From Octopus sinensis (Eukaryota), in the NCBI RefSeq assembly GCF_006345805.1, contig NC_043006.1, positions 77,314,001 through 77,378,000 of the forward strand: a DNA stretch of 64,000 nucleotides, given 5' to 3'. Below the pieces are notes generated by a model that ran no database searches, had not been told where the DNA came from, and saw only the letters and a list, made by a program, of their open reading frames with translations. A program made the translations under genes and the position numbers. This document shows positions 52,094-64,000 of this stretch, in pieces (position 1 is the first letter of the stretch; each line of letters begins with the position of its first letter).

Positions 52094-53502
52094 ATATTAT
52101 ATATATATATTATATATATATATATTTATATTTATACATATATACATATATACATATATTCCTTCTCTAATTCAATATACATAAATGTGTGTTCCTTTGT
52201 TTATATGCATGAATATACATGAATATACACATATATGCGTGTGTATCTATTTGCATGTGTGTATGTATATTTACATTAGGCTTTGCAGAGAACAACTGCA
52301 AATACATTTTTGACAGTGCGTATGTGTTCTTATCAAAACAATGTATGCGTTCACATAAGTCATTTCGAATACAATGTATACACCTTGACCTTCTAAATCA
52401 TGCTATAATAATGTATGGTGGTCTTTTCTGACATAGGAGATACGGCATACATTTATGTCTCCTTTTCGTTTTAGTATTTTTCTATTTTTCTCATCCATAT
52501 CCAACATTATTATATTTCTTTGCGCATAGTGCTCCCGCAGGAAATGAAATGTCAAATTATGTATTATTTCACGTTTCTACATTCGCTTATTTTGCACATC
52601 AAAATAATATAACGTTATAGAAATCTTCGTTATATATCGTCTGGTAGGTGTGTACATATATTGTGTTGTATATAAAGTACATCTGATTGTAATTCTTCTA
52701 AACGAAACGAAAATTCGATCTTGTAATGTCGCTGCCAATCAGCCTCTGGGGAAATTGTTTAGAAAAAAGGGAAACGGGTCAATCGACAAATCTCACCCAC
52801 CTTCCATAGCATCAATTTTTTTGAAAGTGTGGTGATATGAGGTATAACTGGCTTCCTGGAAAGCCATAGCTTTCTAAAATCCAAAGTGCATGGCTTTCAC
52901 TGCAGCACAGACTGTCTTACAGTTTTTTTTTATCACATCGATGATGGCCTTAAATCTTTGGGTTGAGGTCCGTATCTGATGTCATGTATCAGGAAAGCGC
53001 CACGCATGGTCACCTCCTGTGAAACTTTTCCTACTTAGGAATCCGTGGTAAATTGCTACACTGGATAAAGCATATCCTTATGAAAAAATATCACGTTATC
53101 GGTGCAATCAGCACATAGTCCAGCAAAGTGAACAGTCGTGTCCCGCTACGAAATCTTTTGGGCTCACGTTTCATCATAGTTTACGAATTTGGAAACAAAT
53201 ATTGAATTGCCGTAATGTAGTAGTTTACAGTTTTTTTCTGGCTCTGTATCTAATGTTATGTATCTGTATTTTTCCTGTTTAATAAATTCATTTTATATTG
53301 TTCTTTATTTTTAGATTGTTAATTAGATATTTTGTATTCTTTCCTTCATATGGGAAAAATAAGTATTCTGATCAATAGTTTAATATTTTCCCTCTAAAGA
53401 TAACTACTAGGTCAATATAATCAACTGAAACGTCTTTGAAGACTGTTTTCCATCCTGCTCCCTACCCCACAAAAGACTATCTAATTTGGAAACAACATTA
53501 TA

Positions 53503-53862
53503 AACGGTGTTCGGGCTACATAAAAAGGAAAAGAAAACAATTTCCCATCCAAAACTAAAAGAATATACAAAAGTTAAATGAAATCAAAAATATTATGGCA
53601 AGATAGATAACATTTCACTCAAAGAACCCTCGGCTTCCACCACTGCTTCAGGACGACTCAGGAACTGGATGCATACATTCTACATTGTCTTCCTAACAAG
53701 ATCTTAGAACATCTCTTGATTTTGGCCGCCAGGACAGCCTTGGTGTTCCATGCAGAGCGAATGATGTCTTTCTCAACCGCGGCCCTCACATAGATATCAA
53801 TGGTATTACAGCCGGGGGAAATACGAGGCTAGAAATTGGTCGTAACAATTCACCGCCAGCCA
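53503..53862 (-). mobile_element. Degenerate maT/DD37D-like (Tc1/mariner superfamily) transposase C-terminus
   Basis: Minus strand with frameshifts: WLAVNCYDQFLASYFP.. / NTIDIYVRAAVEKDIIRSAWNTKAVLAAKIK / VCIQFLSRPEAVVEAEG. Compare the pattern WL..N.YD....NFWPP.SPD.NP.DYYVWG.VE.......NTK.EL.A.IK....AC..FRSRLEAVVEAEG. A possible TIR remnant lies at about 53503-53520. Confidence 0.7.
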
Positions 53863-53871
53863 TTTCAAATC

Positions 53872-53891
53872 TTATATATATATATATATAC

Positions 53892-53961
<70 letters not shown>

Positions 53962-53990
53962 TGAGAGAGAGAGAGAGAGAGAGAGGAAAA
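53872..53990. repeat. (TA)n-(GATA)n-(GA)n microsatellite
   Basis: Directly visible; truncates the maT relic on its 5' side. Confidence 0.95.
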
Positions 53991-54079
53991 ACGCACATAC
54001 ACACACACATATATTTGTGTGTGTGTATATATATATATATGTACATGTAATTATATACATATATGGATATAGATATATG

Positions 54080-54225
54080 AGAACTATGTGGTTGCTTCAC
54101 AACCACATGGTTCGAAAGTACCACGCAGTGGTACCTTGGGCTAATCTCTCCTACTATAACGTGGAATCGGCCGAAAAATTGTGAGTCGATTGATTTGATT
54201 CACAGAAATTGAAAGAAGTTTGTAG
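54080..54225 (+). mobile_element. Decayed SINE family B (5' half)
   Basis: AACCACATGGTTC...GTGGTACCTTGGGC...CTACTATAAC...TGTGAGTCGAT...GAAATTGAAAGAAG followed by a TA/TG tract. Confidence 0.6.
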
Positions 54226-54227
54226 TG

Positions 54228-54287
<60 letters not shown>

Positions 54288-55327
54288 TGTGAGTGCATGT
54301 GCGTGTGTGTGTCTGTGTGAGTGTAATAGAACTATGTCTGGTAGTCAAAAACACGCAAATAACTGAATAATAGTGGCTGAATTTTGATTCATGCTGACTA
54401 CAATGATGTAGTTAAGTTTTAAGTTTAATATTTCCCCGATGTTTATAAATAAATAATCGCGTGTCTAAAACAACCCTAGGAAACAATAGTTATGTGCCTA
54501 AATCAGAAACCATTACTTAAACATATGTTCTATATTAGTGTCTTCTTTTCAACAACGAATATAAATTTCGTGTAAAACTAATATTGACAGCGTTATCAGA
54601 TTTTAAAGTCACAAAATAATCATATTTGCGCTTGTTTTCTGTTTTATTTTCCTGCTGAGTATTCAGATCACCAATTTCTTGATTGTTTCCATTTGTTTTT
54701 ATTTTCCTAGTTGTATAACATTATATTAATACTTCCAGTCTTTGTAGTGGAAACATTTCTCTCAGAATAGCTATAAAATTATTAGCAATAATATTAATTT
54801 TCAAAGTGATGAAGGATGTCTTTATCTGAAGAAGCTAAGCAAACTTTACATTATTATTATATTTTTTTTCTTTTTAACGATTTGGTGGATGTAATAAAAC
54901 ATGTCAATTCAATCTAGACGAAAGTGATTGTAATGATAGTTTATATTAATTGCAGTAACCTTTCTAATAAAAAATGATTTCGTAATTACACATTACAAAC
55001 ACATTTATGATATTCGATTTGGCAATATTAGCATATAAATTGTAATTTCAAAGTTGTATAAATCATTGAGGAAAACACCATTTCTATTCTTGTATCAGCT
55101 TGGAAAGGCGTACATTAACATCGACTTTAGTATGATTAGAAACTTGGAATTAAGAAACACTACATTAAATATTGATTTGTCTTTTTTAAACTCTGAGGCT
55201 TGTATTAAAGTTTGTTGGTGGGAATACACAAATAATTCAATGCTTTTAATCTGAGGCATACTCTGCTAAGCCATGGCATTACCTGTTATAAAAATACAAA
55301 ATCTAAATAAAAATACAGAAAAATATT

Positions 55328-55350
55328 TTGAATATAATTGTCCAGACATG

Positions 55351-55432
<82 letters not shown>

Positions 55433-55445
55433 GTATCTATCTACC
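55328..55445. repeat. (CTAT)n microsatellite
   Basis: Directly visible in the sequence. Confidence 0.95.
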
Positions 55446-55753
55446 GTATGTGTGTGTGTGTGTGCGTACGTATATATATATATATATACACTATCAATAT
55501 AATATACATATTCATTTAGTGATTTACACTTTTAAGAATGCCTTACTTTCGCAACCACTTGATTTTGCCTACTTATATTTCATCGATCTTGTAATCACTA
55601 AGTGGCTGTACAGCATTCCATTGTGCGTCTTATGACGGTTTCCCTCGTTGTTCTACCGATTAAATCCGACTCTATGGTAGAAGATTCTGTACCCAGTGTA
55701 TCACACATTTGAATGGAATTTAGAATCAATATTCTGTAGGTAATTTGTTTTAT

Positions 55754-56019
55754 GTGGAGGCGCTTGGCTTAGTGGTTAGTGTGTCAGCATCATGATCGTA
55801 AGATTGTGGTTTCGATTCCTGGACCGGGTGACGCGTTGTGTTCTTGAGCAAAACACTTCATTTCAAGTTGCTCCAGTCCAATTAGCTGGCAAAAATGTGT
55901 AACGCTGCGATGGACTGGCGTCCCGTCCGTCTGGGGAATACATACACCACTGAAACCGGGAAACCGGGCCCATGAGCCTGGTTAGGCTTTAAAAGGGCGC
56001 ATTTATTTTACTATTTTAT
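55754..56019 (+). mobile_element. tRNA-derived SINE, family C
   Basis: Collinear with 42666-42921. AT-rich tail; possible TSD TTTGTTTTAT at 55744-55753 and 56020-56029. Confidence 0.9.
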
Positions 56020-56118
56020 TTTGTTTTATAGAAATGTAGGAAGGTAGACAGGTGGATAAGAAAGTAAGTATTTTTGTGAGTTCGTTGATATCCACATTAT
56101 CATATTATATACATTGGT
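56020..56118 (+). repeat. Dispersed about 105-bp repeat, copy 2 (partner at 48430-48537)
   Basis: Same evidence as copy 1. Confidence 0.85.
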
Positions 56119-57136
56119 AAACCCGGCCTCAGATCTGAGATCTACCAAACCGTACTTTTAAATATCTAATTAAGAAAGTTTTTTTTCAGTTGTATAAGAT
56201 ATTCACGTTGTATGTTACAATATGTGTACATTTATTCCAATTGATTAGTAAATGTTGTAATAATGGAAAGTATTTTGCTTTATAAATAGTAATATATATC
56301 CTAACTACAAATGATGCGTAGTTATCATATGGGATTAGTTTGTATCACTAGCAGAAGACAAAGGTAATAGATTTGGAAAATGTCCTGGTGAATATACGTG
56401 CCAAATATTTTCCAAAGAAATCCAGGCAAAACGCTGTTCTGTAACCTCATGCATGAAGTGGAAATACATTTCTAGTGTCTATTTAATTGTACTTGAGCAA
56501 ATCTATATATTTTCGTGTGGTTACAACGTGAGCGATACCAATCTAAAATCTTTCTACCAAAATGTCTGAAAGTAAATGTTTGCATACCAAAAGCCGAATG
56601 TTGGAAGCGATTTGTTAGAGTTAACTCGCCTCGTGTATTGTTAAGCCGTGATCACTTCAAAGATCTTCTGTTAGAGTTCTAGGAAGTATATATGGATTTG
56701 ATATGAACTGACTAAGGTTTGTGTGCAGCAGCCAACTGGAGGTTTCAGTCATTTAATATTTGAAGCGCTTTTTTTTTTAATCCACCAACGACTTTCTGGG
56801 GAAAGAGATATTATTTGAACAGTCGTTCAAATTATTATAATATATAAAACTCAGCACAGAAATAAATTCTCCTGATTATCTCATTATATAATGATTATCT
56901 AAATCTGGAATTTCCTACCAAAAATTCAGAGTAACTACTTCACAGATACAATCTTTTTTATCGTGAACTCCATTCGCAAAACACATCGTGATGTAAAATT
57001 ATACACATATTTATAAAATAACTACACAACTGAATTCATACAAGGCCATTCACCCAACGCAAACGGCTTCACTCTATTGGAGCTTCATCTCTGTATTTCA
57101 GAGTTATATATAATACATATATATATTATATTTTAA

Positions 57137-57668
57137 GCGTAGGAGTGGCTGTGTGGTAGCTTGCTTACGAACCACATGGTTCTGGGTTCAGTCCCACTGC
57201 GTGGCACCTTCGGCAAGTGTCTTCCACAATAGTCTCGGACCGACCAAAGCCTTGCGAGTGGATTTGGTAGACGGAAACTAAAAGAATCCCGTCGTATACA
57301 TGTATATCTATCTATCTATCAATATATCTGTCTGTCTGTCTGGCTATATATATATAAATATGTGTGTGTGTGGGTGTGGGTGTGTGTGTATGTATGTATG
57401 TATGTATGTGTGTGTATGTATGTATGTGTGTACGTGTGTGCGTGTATATGTTTGGGTATCTCTGTTTGTCGCCCCAACATCACTTGGTAACCGATGCTGG
57501 TGTGTTTACGTTCCCGTAACCTAGTGGTTCGGCAAAACAATCTGATAGAATAAGTACTAGGCTTACAAAGAATAAGTCCTGGGGTCAATTTGCTCGACTA
57601 AAGGCGGTGCTCCAGCATGGCCACAGTCAAATGACTGAAACAAGTAAAGGAGCAAAGAGTAAAGAGAG
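57137..57668 (+). mobile_element. tRNA-derived SINE, family B
   Basis: Full head GGAGTGGCTGTGTGG...GGTTCAGTCCCACTGCGTGGCACCTTCGGCAAG, internal compound microsatellite at about 57295-57450, and tail GGCGGTGCTCCAGCATGGCCACAGTCAAATGACTGAAAC. Confidence 0.9.
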
Positions 57669-58800
57669 TATAACATATTATATACATATATGTGTCTGAG
57701 TGTGTATGTGTGTGTGTTTGTTTGATTATATGTATATACATATGTGTGCATGTATGTTTATATCGAGAGAGAGAAACAGAGAGATGCAGAGAGATAAAGA
57801 AATGCACACACGCACACATGCACATATACTTGCACACCTGCAATCTCTGATATACTACCTTATCAGGAGTTTCTCTTTTATCTGCGTGGTTTTGTCTTAT
57901 AGATATATTTATATATACGTTTGTCTCTGTGAAGAACTGTCTCTAATTAATTCTTAACTAATCAAGAGAAAACTCTTCAAAGTACTTCGTTTTAGCGGAA
58001 TAAATATTTTGTCAATCGATAACATAAGTATCTACCGCTCACGTGTGTTTATATTTCAATTGTAATGCAAATTACTTCAGTAGAGGTCTCTAGAATTATA
58101 GATCCTAACATTTAGTTACAGAGGTTTCCTTTCCATCGGTCCCTTTCACATTTACTTTACACTTCCTATCGTTAGTGTATCACATGCATATTACGATGTC
58201 ACGGTATTCTGTCTCATTATTCCGGATGACGATACGAGTAATTAGAGAAAGAAATATTACCCCAGTAATATAATATATTACTGAATCGCCTTCGTATCTG
58301 TATAGTTACGATTTATTCTTCCTATTCAATATACTACCAATGACTTTTATCACTGGTAAGTAAGCATACCAAGCTAAGTTACCAATGTAAATAAAGTTAC
58401 CAATATAAGTAAACGTGATTTTTTCATACGTAACGAATAGTAGTAATAGTTATAGAACACTCTCTTTGAAAGGCATTTCGTTCAAACAAGTGTCTCTCAG
58501 AAGCTGTTCTACAAATATTCAGTACATCTGCAACCTGTATCCACTTAAGTTTAGTACCACGATTTGTGTATCCGGGTAGCCAGGATATCTAACAACTCTG
58601 CGATCAAAAACGTAGTGCCAGATCGACTTCTTGATTATCTATACACAAGTTATAAAAGACATTAAGCAGCTCTGTGTAATTAAGCATTGGTAACGTGACA
58701 TGGCTCATATCATGCTTTGCACAATGATCGAAAGCAACTAATTACTCCACGTGGGAAGGTATGTCTTTTGATGCACTGAAACTTTTACATGAAATCACTA

Positions 58801-59189
58801 TGGAAGCACTCCGTCGGTTACGACGATGAGGGTTCCGGTTGATCCGAATCAACGGAACAGCCTGCTCGTGAAATTAACGTGTAAGTGGCTGAGCACTCCA
58901 CAGACTAGTGCACCCTTAACGTAGTTCTCGGGGATATTCAGCGTGACACAGAGAGTAACAAGGCCGGCCCCTTGAAATACATGTACAACAGAAACAGGAA
59001 GTAAGAGTGAGAGAAAGTTGTGGTGAAAGAGTACAGCAGGGATCATCACCATCCCCTGCCGGAGCCTCGTGGAGCTTTTTTTAGGTGTTTTCGATCAATA
59101 AACACTCACAACGCCCGGTCTGGGAATCGAAACCGCGATCCTATGACCGCGAGTCCGCTGCCCTAACCACTGAGCCATTGCGCCTCCAC
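58801..59189 (-). mobile_element. Intact tRNA-derived SINE, family D, with perfect 15-bp TSD
   Basis: Minus-strand head GTGGAGGCGCAATGGCTCAGTGGTTAGGGCAGCGGACTCGCGGTCATAGGATCGCGGTTTCGATTCCC (A box TGGCTCAGTGG, B box GGTTTCGATTCC). TACATGAAATCACTA occurs at 58786-58800 and 59190-59204. Confidence 0.92.
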
Positions 59190-59204
59190 TACATGAAATC
59201 ACTA

Positions 59205-60620
59205 CATCAACGTACATAAAGTGGCGTTATGCTGAACTTTGAAATCACACAATCATTTCAAAAATGAAATCTGCATGCGTAAAATACAAACATGCCATCT
59301 CCAAGGCAGTCGCACAAACAGTCGGATAAATAAAAAAAAAATTAACATAGGTTATATAGGAAAACTGAATCAAAACTGGATCTGATGTTCAAAAGTTCTC
59401 AAAGAAACTGAAAGATCCTTGGTGAGGCCGTGGCAAAAGATAGCATTTGTTCAACTATCATGATCAGGGTACATTCTTCATAGTCGTAAAAGATTCCTGA
59501 GGTTGAAAGTAACAATCCTCAGTTCGCTTAAGCGTGCCAACCACATTTGAGCATCGAAAAGGTAAGATATCGGAGAACAAATTATAATCTGAAGGTAACA
59601 AAAAAGAAGAACATAGAGAACGGGATCATCGACTAGATGATTCTGTGCATGATGGAACATACACCAACATGCATAGATATAGATGATCTGTCAACAAAGA
59701 AAGCTGCTTCAAAATTCTTTCAACAACCTAGTAACAGCCATGAACCAAGTACAGAATTCTTTGAACTGATTTGGTAAAAACGAAAAAAAAATAAGTGCTT
59801 TGGAACAACACGGAAATCTAGTCAGCAAAACATGTGATGGAACTTAGCTCACCAACATCATTGAGATAGATCTAAAGTGAAAACTCTAACGCAGAGATTA
59901 TTGTAGGATTGCTTGTAACCCAACATTGAAAATGTGCTTGCCATTTTTCCATGCGAATGTTATGAACAGGTACTAAATATATTAGTTAAATTTAGTGTTT
60001 CGTCACAGCAAATACATTCGGTGTTTTGAAGAAGTCATCACTTACAACGAAAATTACAAAATTATTCTCATTTCAATTTAACCAATCGTCTTTAAAATCT
60101 TAAAACTGAGCTGTGGGGTGCTGGCGATTAAAATGATGTTCAATAAATTCCCATACTAATGGAATATTGAATTTAAATTATCGGCCATTTTATGAAAAAA
60201 GTGTATAATTTCAAGGTTATTCCTCAAAGGTTGACATGATAGTAACAATAGTGCTATTCATTTTCATAGTGAAAACCTTTAACTTGAAATATAAAAACCG
60301 TTCATGAGAAGATGCAGGGAAACCATTTTTTTAAAAATTCAAAGTGAATATGCGTGCATGTCAGCTGCAAAACTCTTTCAAGCAGGGCATTAAGATTTCT
60401 TCTAACATTTGAATCAATTCACATTCATGAAAGTGAATTTTCATGCTTCATGCAATTTAAATCCAAAAGATGAATCGTCTTGCAGTTGAAAAGGATACTC
60501 GTTGTGATGTGAACCTTTGAATAACAATTGTAAGGGACATCAGTACTCTAATGATTCAAAGATCAACTGCTGAGAGTGTAACACATGTGACAAATAGAAT
60601 TTTAAAGGTTTCACATAATT
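59205..60620 (+). mobile_element. Decayed hAT (Charlie/Buster-like) transposase
   Basis: Collinear motifs across many stops: ILGEAVAK (59415), QFA...KVRY, H...RML*TG (compare HTEVRWLSRG, about 59950), SSRALRFLLTFESIHIHESEFSCFMQFKSK (60378) and MNRLAVEKDTRC (60470). The last two match the hAT C-terminal dimerisation domain A.K.LL.F.TTYLCES.FS.L..IKSK.RNRL.VE.DLRC. Confidence 0.65.
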
Positions 60621-60974
60621 CTAATCAAAATGTTATGAAGTGTGACGTTCTATTTACCTTCTCAGCTTGAAGTCATTGCCAAATCTAATGTAAAAATTTT
60701 CCACGTGAACCTTTACAACACATACACACACACACAAACAAACACACGCACGCACATACGCACATACGCGCGCACCCCCCCCCCACACACACAAACGTAC
60801 TGGCGTGATCGCACACATATATATATATATGAATATAAAACTCTGTCGAAACAGGAGTGCTCAACGCAGTTCGTAATTCAGCTGGTGTACTGAGAACTGA
60901 TTTGTAGCTCACGTTACTTGTTTTACACCAATATGTATGCGAGAGTGTAAATGTGAATGTAGGTTTGTGTGTTT

Positions 60975-61181
60975 GAACGTATATATATATATATATATAT
61001 ATATACGCGTGTGTGTACGTACATAGATGCATACATATACATGCATATATATATATATATGTATATGCATATATATATACACACACAAATATATATATAT
61101 ATATATATTTATATATGCATACATATATATATACACACAAATGCATATATATATATATACACACAAATGTATATATATATA

Positions 61182-61215
<34 letters not shown>
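60975..61215. repeat. Compound TA/TACA tract
   Basis: Directly visible in the sequence. Confidence 0.95.
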
Positions 61216-61218
<3 letters not shown>

Positions 61219-61310
61219 ATATGTTACAATTACTCAATAATCAAGATAAATTTCCTCTATTTACATAATATTGAGGTCTCTTTCTTTCTTTTGTTATCTT
61301 ACCGTTTTTA

Positions 61311-61356
<46 letters not shown>

Positions 61357-61379
61357 AATGTATACATAAATATAATAAG

Positions 61380-61582
61380 TGCGCCCTTTTAAAGCCTGGC
61401 CAGTCTCGTGGGCCCGGTTTCCCAGTTTCAAGGGCGTATATGTTCCCCAGCTGAGTGGACTGGAGCAACGTGAAATGAAGTGGTTTGCTCCAGAACATAA
61501 CGCGTCGCCCGCTCCAGAAATCGAAACCACAATCTTCCGATCATGATGCTGACACCCTAACCACTAAGCCTCGCGCCTCCAC
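61380..61582 (-). mobile_element. tRNA-derived SINE, family C
   Basis: Reverse complement of the 55754 copy: GCGCCCTTTTAAAGCC...CTGAGTGGACTGGAGCAAC...GAAATCGAAACCAC...CCACTAAGCC..GCGCCTCCAC. Confidence 0.9.
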
Positions 61583-61602
61583 CACCCCCACACACACATA
61601 CA

Positions 61603-61633
<31 letters not shown>

Positions 61634-62289
61634 GTAAACCATTATTTTCTACGTTAATTCCTATTAGTTAAGTAGCGGTTCAATCTTTCACCGACTGACG
61701 GAAGCAGCAAACTCGTCATTTACGTTTAAAAGGAGAAAAAAAAAAATATATGCGTAACGAGGATTTTACTTAAGATTTATATAACGTTTTATTAGAACAA
61801 CTACATCCACCGTCTTTTCATTTACATTCGTGTGTTCGCTATTGCAGCTTATGCAGGCCTCGTTCCACCGTTCTAACCGTTTGCTGTTGTTACTGACCTC
61901 GTTGTTATATTACTTCATTCCATTTTATTTTGTTGTTTCAACATCGCTGTTATTACTTCTTTCCATTTTCTTGTTTTCCTTTGCTGGATTTGTCTTCGCA
62001 ATCAATTGATTAAATTGGATGACAGAAAATCCTTTCCGAAGCTTCTCTTGCTGCTCATGTAAGTTTGCATCGACGTTAAATAAGAGTAAACATGAATGAA
62101 TAATGAAATCATTAAAAAGGAAAAAAATAAACTACAAATCGTCAAGAAAATAGTGAACGCGTGTGTTCTTATATTCTTATATATACTAATCACGGGAAGA
62201 TGTTGCGTTGCTATCTTTATTTACTGAATCAAGTTAGCTACTGTCTTTACTTCCACAATTTTTTTCTTTTTGTTGCCGTTGGTGTTCTT

Positions 62290-62327
62290 ATACTACTACT
62301 ACTACTACTACTATACTACTACTACTA

Positions 62328-62381
<54 letters not shown>

Positions 62382-62491
62382 CACTACTATTACCACTACC
62401 AATACTACTACTACTACCACCACCACCATTACTACTACTACTACTGCTGCTACGGCTGTTGCTGCCGCTACTACTACAACTACTACTACTT

Positions 62492-62553
<62 letters not shown>
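62290..62553. repeat. (CTA)n trinucleotide array with CCA/CTG variants
   Basis: Directly visible; the source of the poly-Thr, poly-Leu and poly-Ser ORFs. Confidence 0.95.
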
Positions 62554-62554
<1 letters not shown>

Positions 62555-62837
62555 TTTTCCGCTTTCACCTCCTCGTCCTGTGCTTCCATTATGTTCTTCT
62601 CCTCTACCTCGTCCTTCACATTTTCTTTTTTCACATTTCATCATATCATAATATTCTATTTCATTCTTTTCCTTCTATGCTTTTTCGTCGCCATTTCGGT
62701 CTGTGTTTGTGGATTTCGGAAACGCAACGACGTTCACATTAATTCAAAGGCGGGTTGTCTCAAACCAAACAACAAATGAATTATTATCCTCGAATTTTTT
62801 AAAGATCCCTCTCTCTTTCTCGTTCTCTCTCTCACTT

Positions 62838-62869
<32 letters not shown>

Positions 62870-62872
62870 CCC

Positions 62873-62921
<49 letters not shown>

Positions 62922-63056
62922 AAGAGAGAGAGTGATATGTGTATGTGTGCGTCTATGGTTGTATATATATATATGCATGCATATATATATATATACATAT
63001 GCATGCATATATATATATATATACATATATATATACATATATATATACATATGCAT

Positions 63057-63089
<33 letters not shown>

Positions 63090-63169
63090 CATACATACAT
63101 ACATACATATATAAGTAGATAGTTAGATATACATATAGGAATAGATAGATAAATATATATTCATATAGC

Positions 63170-63280
<111 letters not shown>

Positions 63281-63719
63281 ATAAATATATCTATATACAT
63301 ATGTATATAGTTATATGTATAAATATATGTGTATATATATATATATTTCCAAATTCAACAAAAATCCCCCCAAAAAAGATAGAAACAGATATGGAACAAA
63401 GAGGATAAGGGACATGCTCAGAAACGATTAAAGAAATCGATGACATTTCGAACCGATGCGCTTTAACAGAATGGACTGACGAAATCAGTTTGAATAAAGT
63501 GAAAGATGGAGAGAAAAAATGTGTCCCCGCACAAACACACATGCACACACTCACACACATACATACGATTAAAACGAGGTCGAATAGACTGAGGAAGTCC
63601 TTTTATTTCATTGAATTACAAATGTTTCATCAAAGGTCTGTCAATGGAACCATTGATATATGAGGTGTCATACATACAAAAATTATAAAACAGTTTAAAA
63701 ATATGTAACGAATCGTTAA

Positions 63720-63914
63720 CTCGGCTGGGAAAATAATTAACAGCCTTTTGCCCGTCTTTGCGTCATAAGTGCACATTCCACCGGGCTCAACTTAGCCATT
63801 TATCATTCATCATGTTGGGGATGATAAAATGAGGACCAGTAAAGTAATACTGTCAATGTAATCAACTTCTCCCAACTCTAAAATTGCTGACAATGTGCCA
63901 AAATTTGAAATCAG
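63720..63914 (+). mobile_element. Decayed SINE family A copy
   Basis: CCACCGGGCTCAACTTAGCC..TCATC..GTTGGGGATGATAAAATGAGGACCAG...TGTGCCAAAATTTGAAA matches the family A core and tail. Confidence 0.65.
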
Positions 63915-64000
63915 CATATATAATATTATATCTTACGCTATAAATGCATATGTATATATGTATATATGCATGTATGTGTGTATGACTCTATGTATGTATG

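Noticed and set aside
56339-56567. 76-codon open stretch with CPGEYTC (EGF-like?)
   Set aside because: Cys spacing does not fit EGF or another domain I recognise, and the length is within chance expectation.
59120-59189. tRNA gene-like sequence (also at 42666, 55754 and 61500-61582)
   Set aside because: A and B boxes are present, but there is no complete cloverleaf or acceptor stem. Each continues into a shared SINE body with a tail and TSD, so these are SINE heads.
62161-62779. Poly-Thr, poly-Leu and poly-Ser ORFs resembling a mucin or signal-rich protein
   Set aside because: They are produced by a (CTA)n array; the flanking translation is not protein-like and no splice structure supports it.

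Overview
This is very AT-rich (about 30% GC by eye) repeat-dominated eukaryotic DNA. The SINE families and the extreme microsatellite load point to an octopus genome; that is an inference from my recollection of these repeats, not from a search. I cannot recognise any host protein-coding gene, and no rRNA, true tRNA or CRISPR array is present. Almost all ORFs in the supplied track are translations of (TA)n, (TACA)n, (GATA)n, (CA)n or (CTA)n microsatellites. The sequence supports four tRNA-headed SINE families in about 20 copies, several with target-site duplications (labelled A-D here). It also holds decayed fragments of three non-LTR lineages (an APE-type LINE 3' end, RTE, and an R4/Dong-like REL-endonuclease element) and relics of three DNA transposases (mariner, maT/DD37D-like, hAT Charlie/Buster-like). 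One complete non-autonomous Helitron and several fold-back (inverted-repeat) elements next to (TA)n tracts complete the picture. A few isolated splice-site-bounded open frames may be exons of an unidentified gene, but support is weak. The best leads are a LINE 3' tail shared with SINE family B (a candidate partner pair), the set of unrelated fold-back elements, and a SINE whose duplication spans a candidate splice acceptor. I did not find firm evidence for a new biological system.
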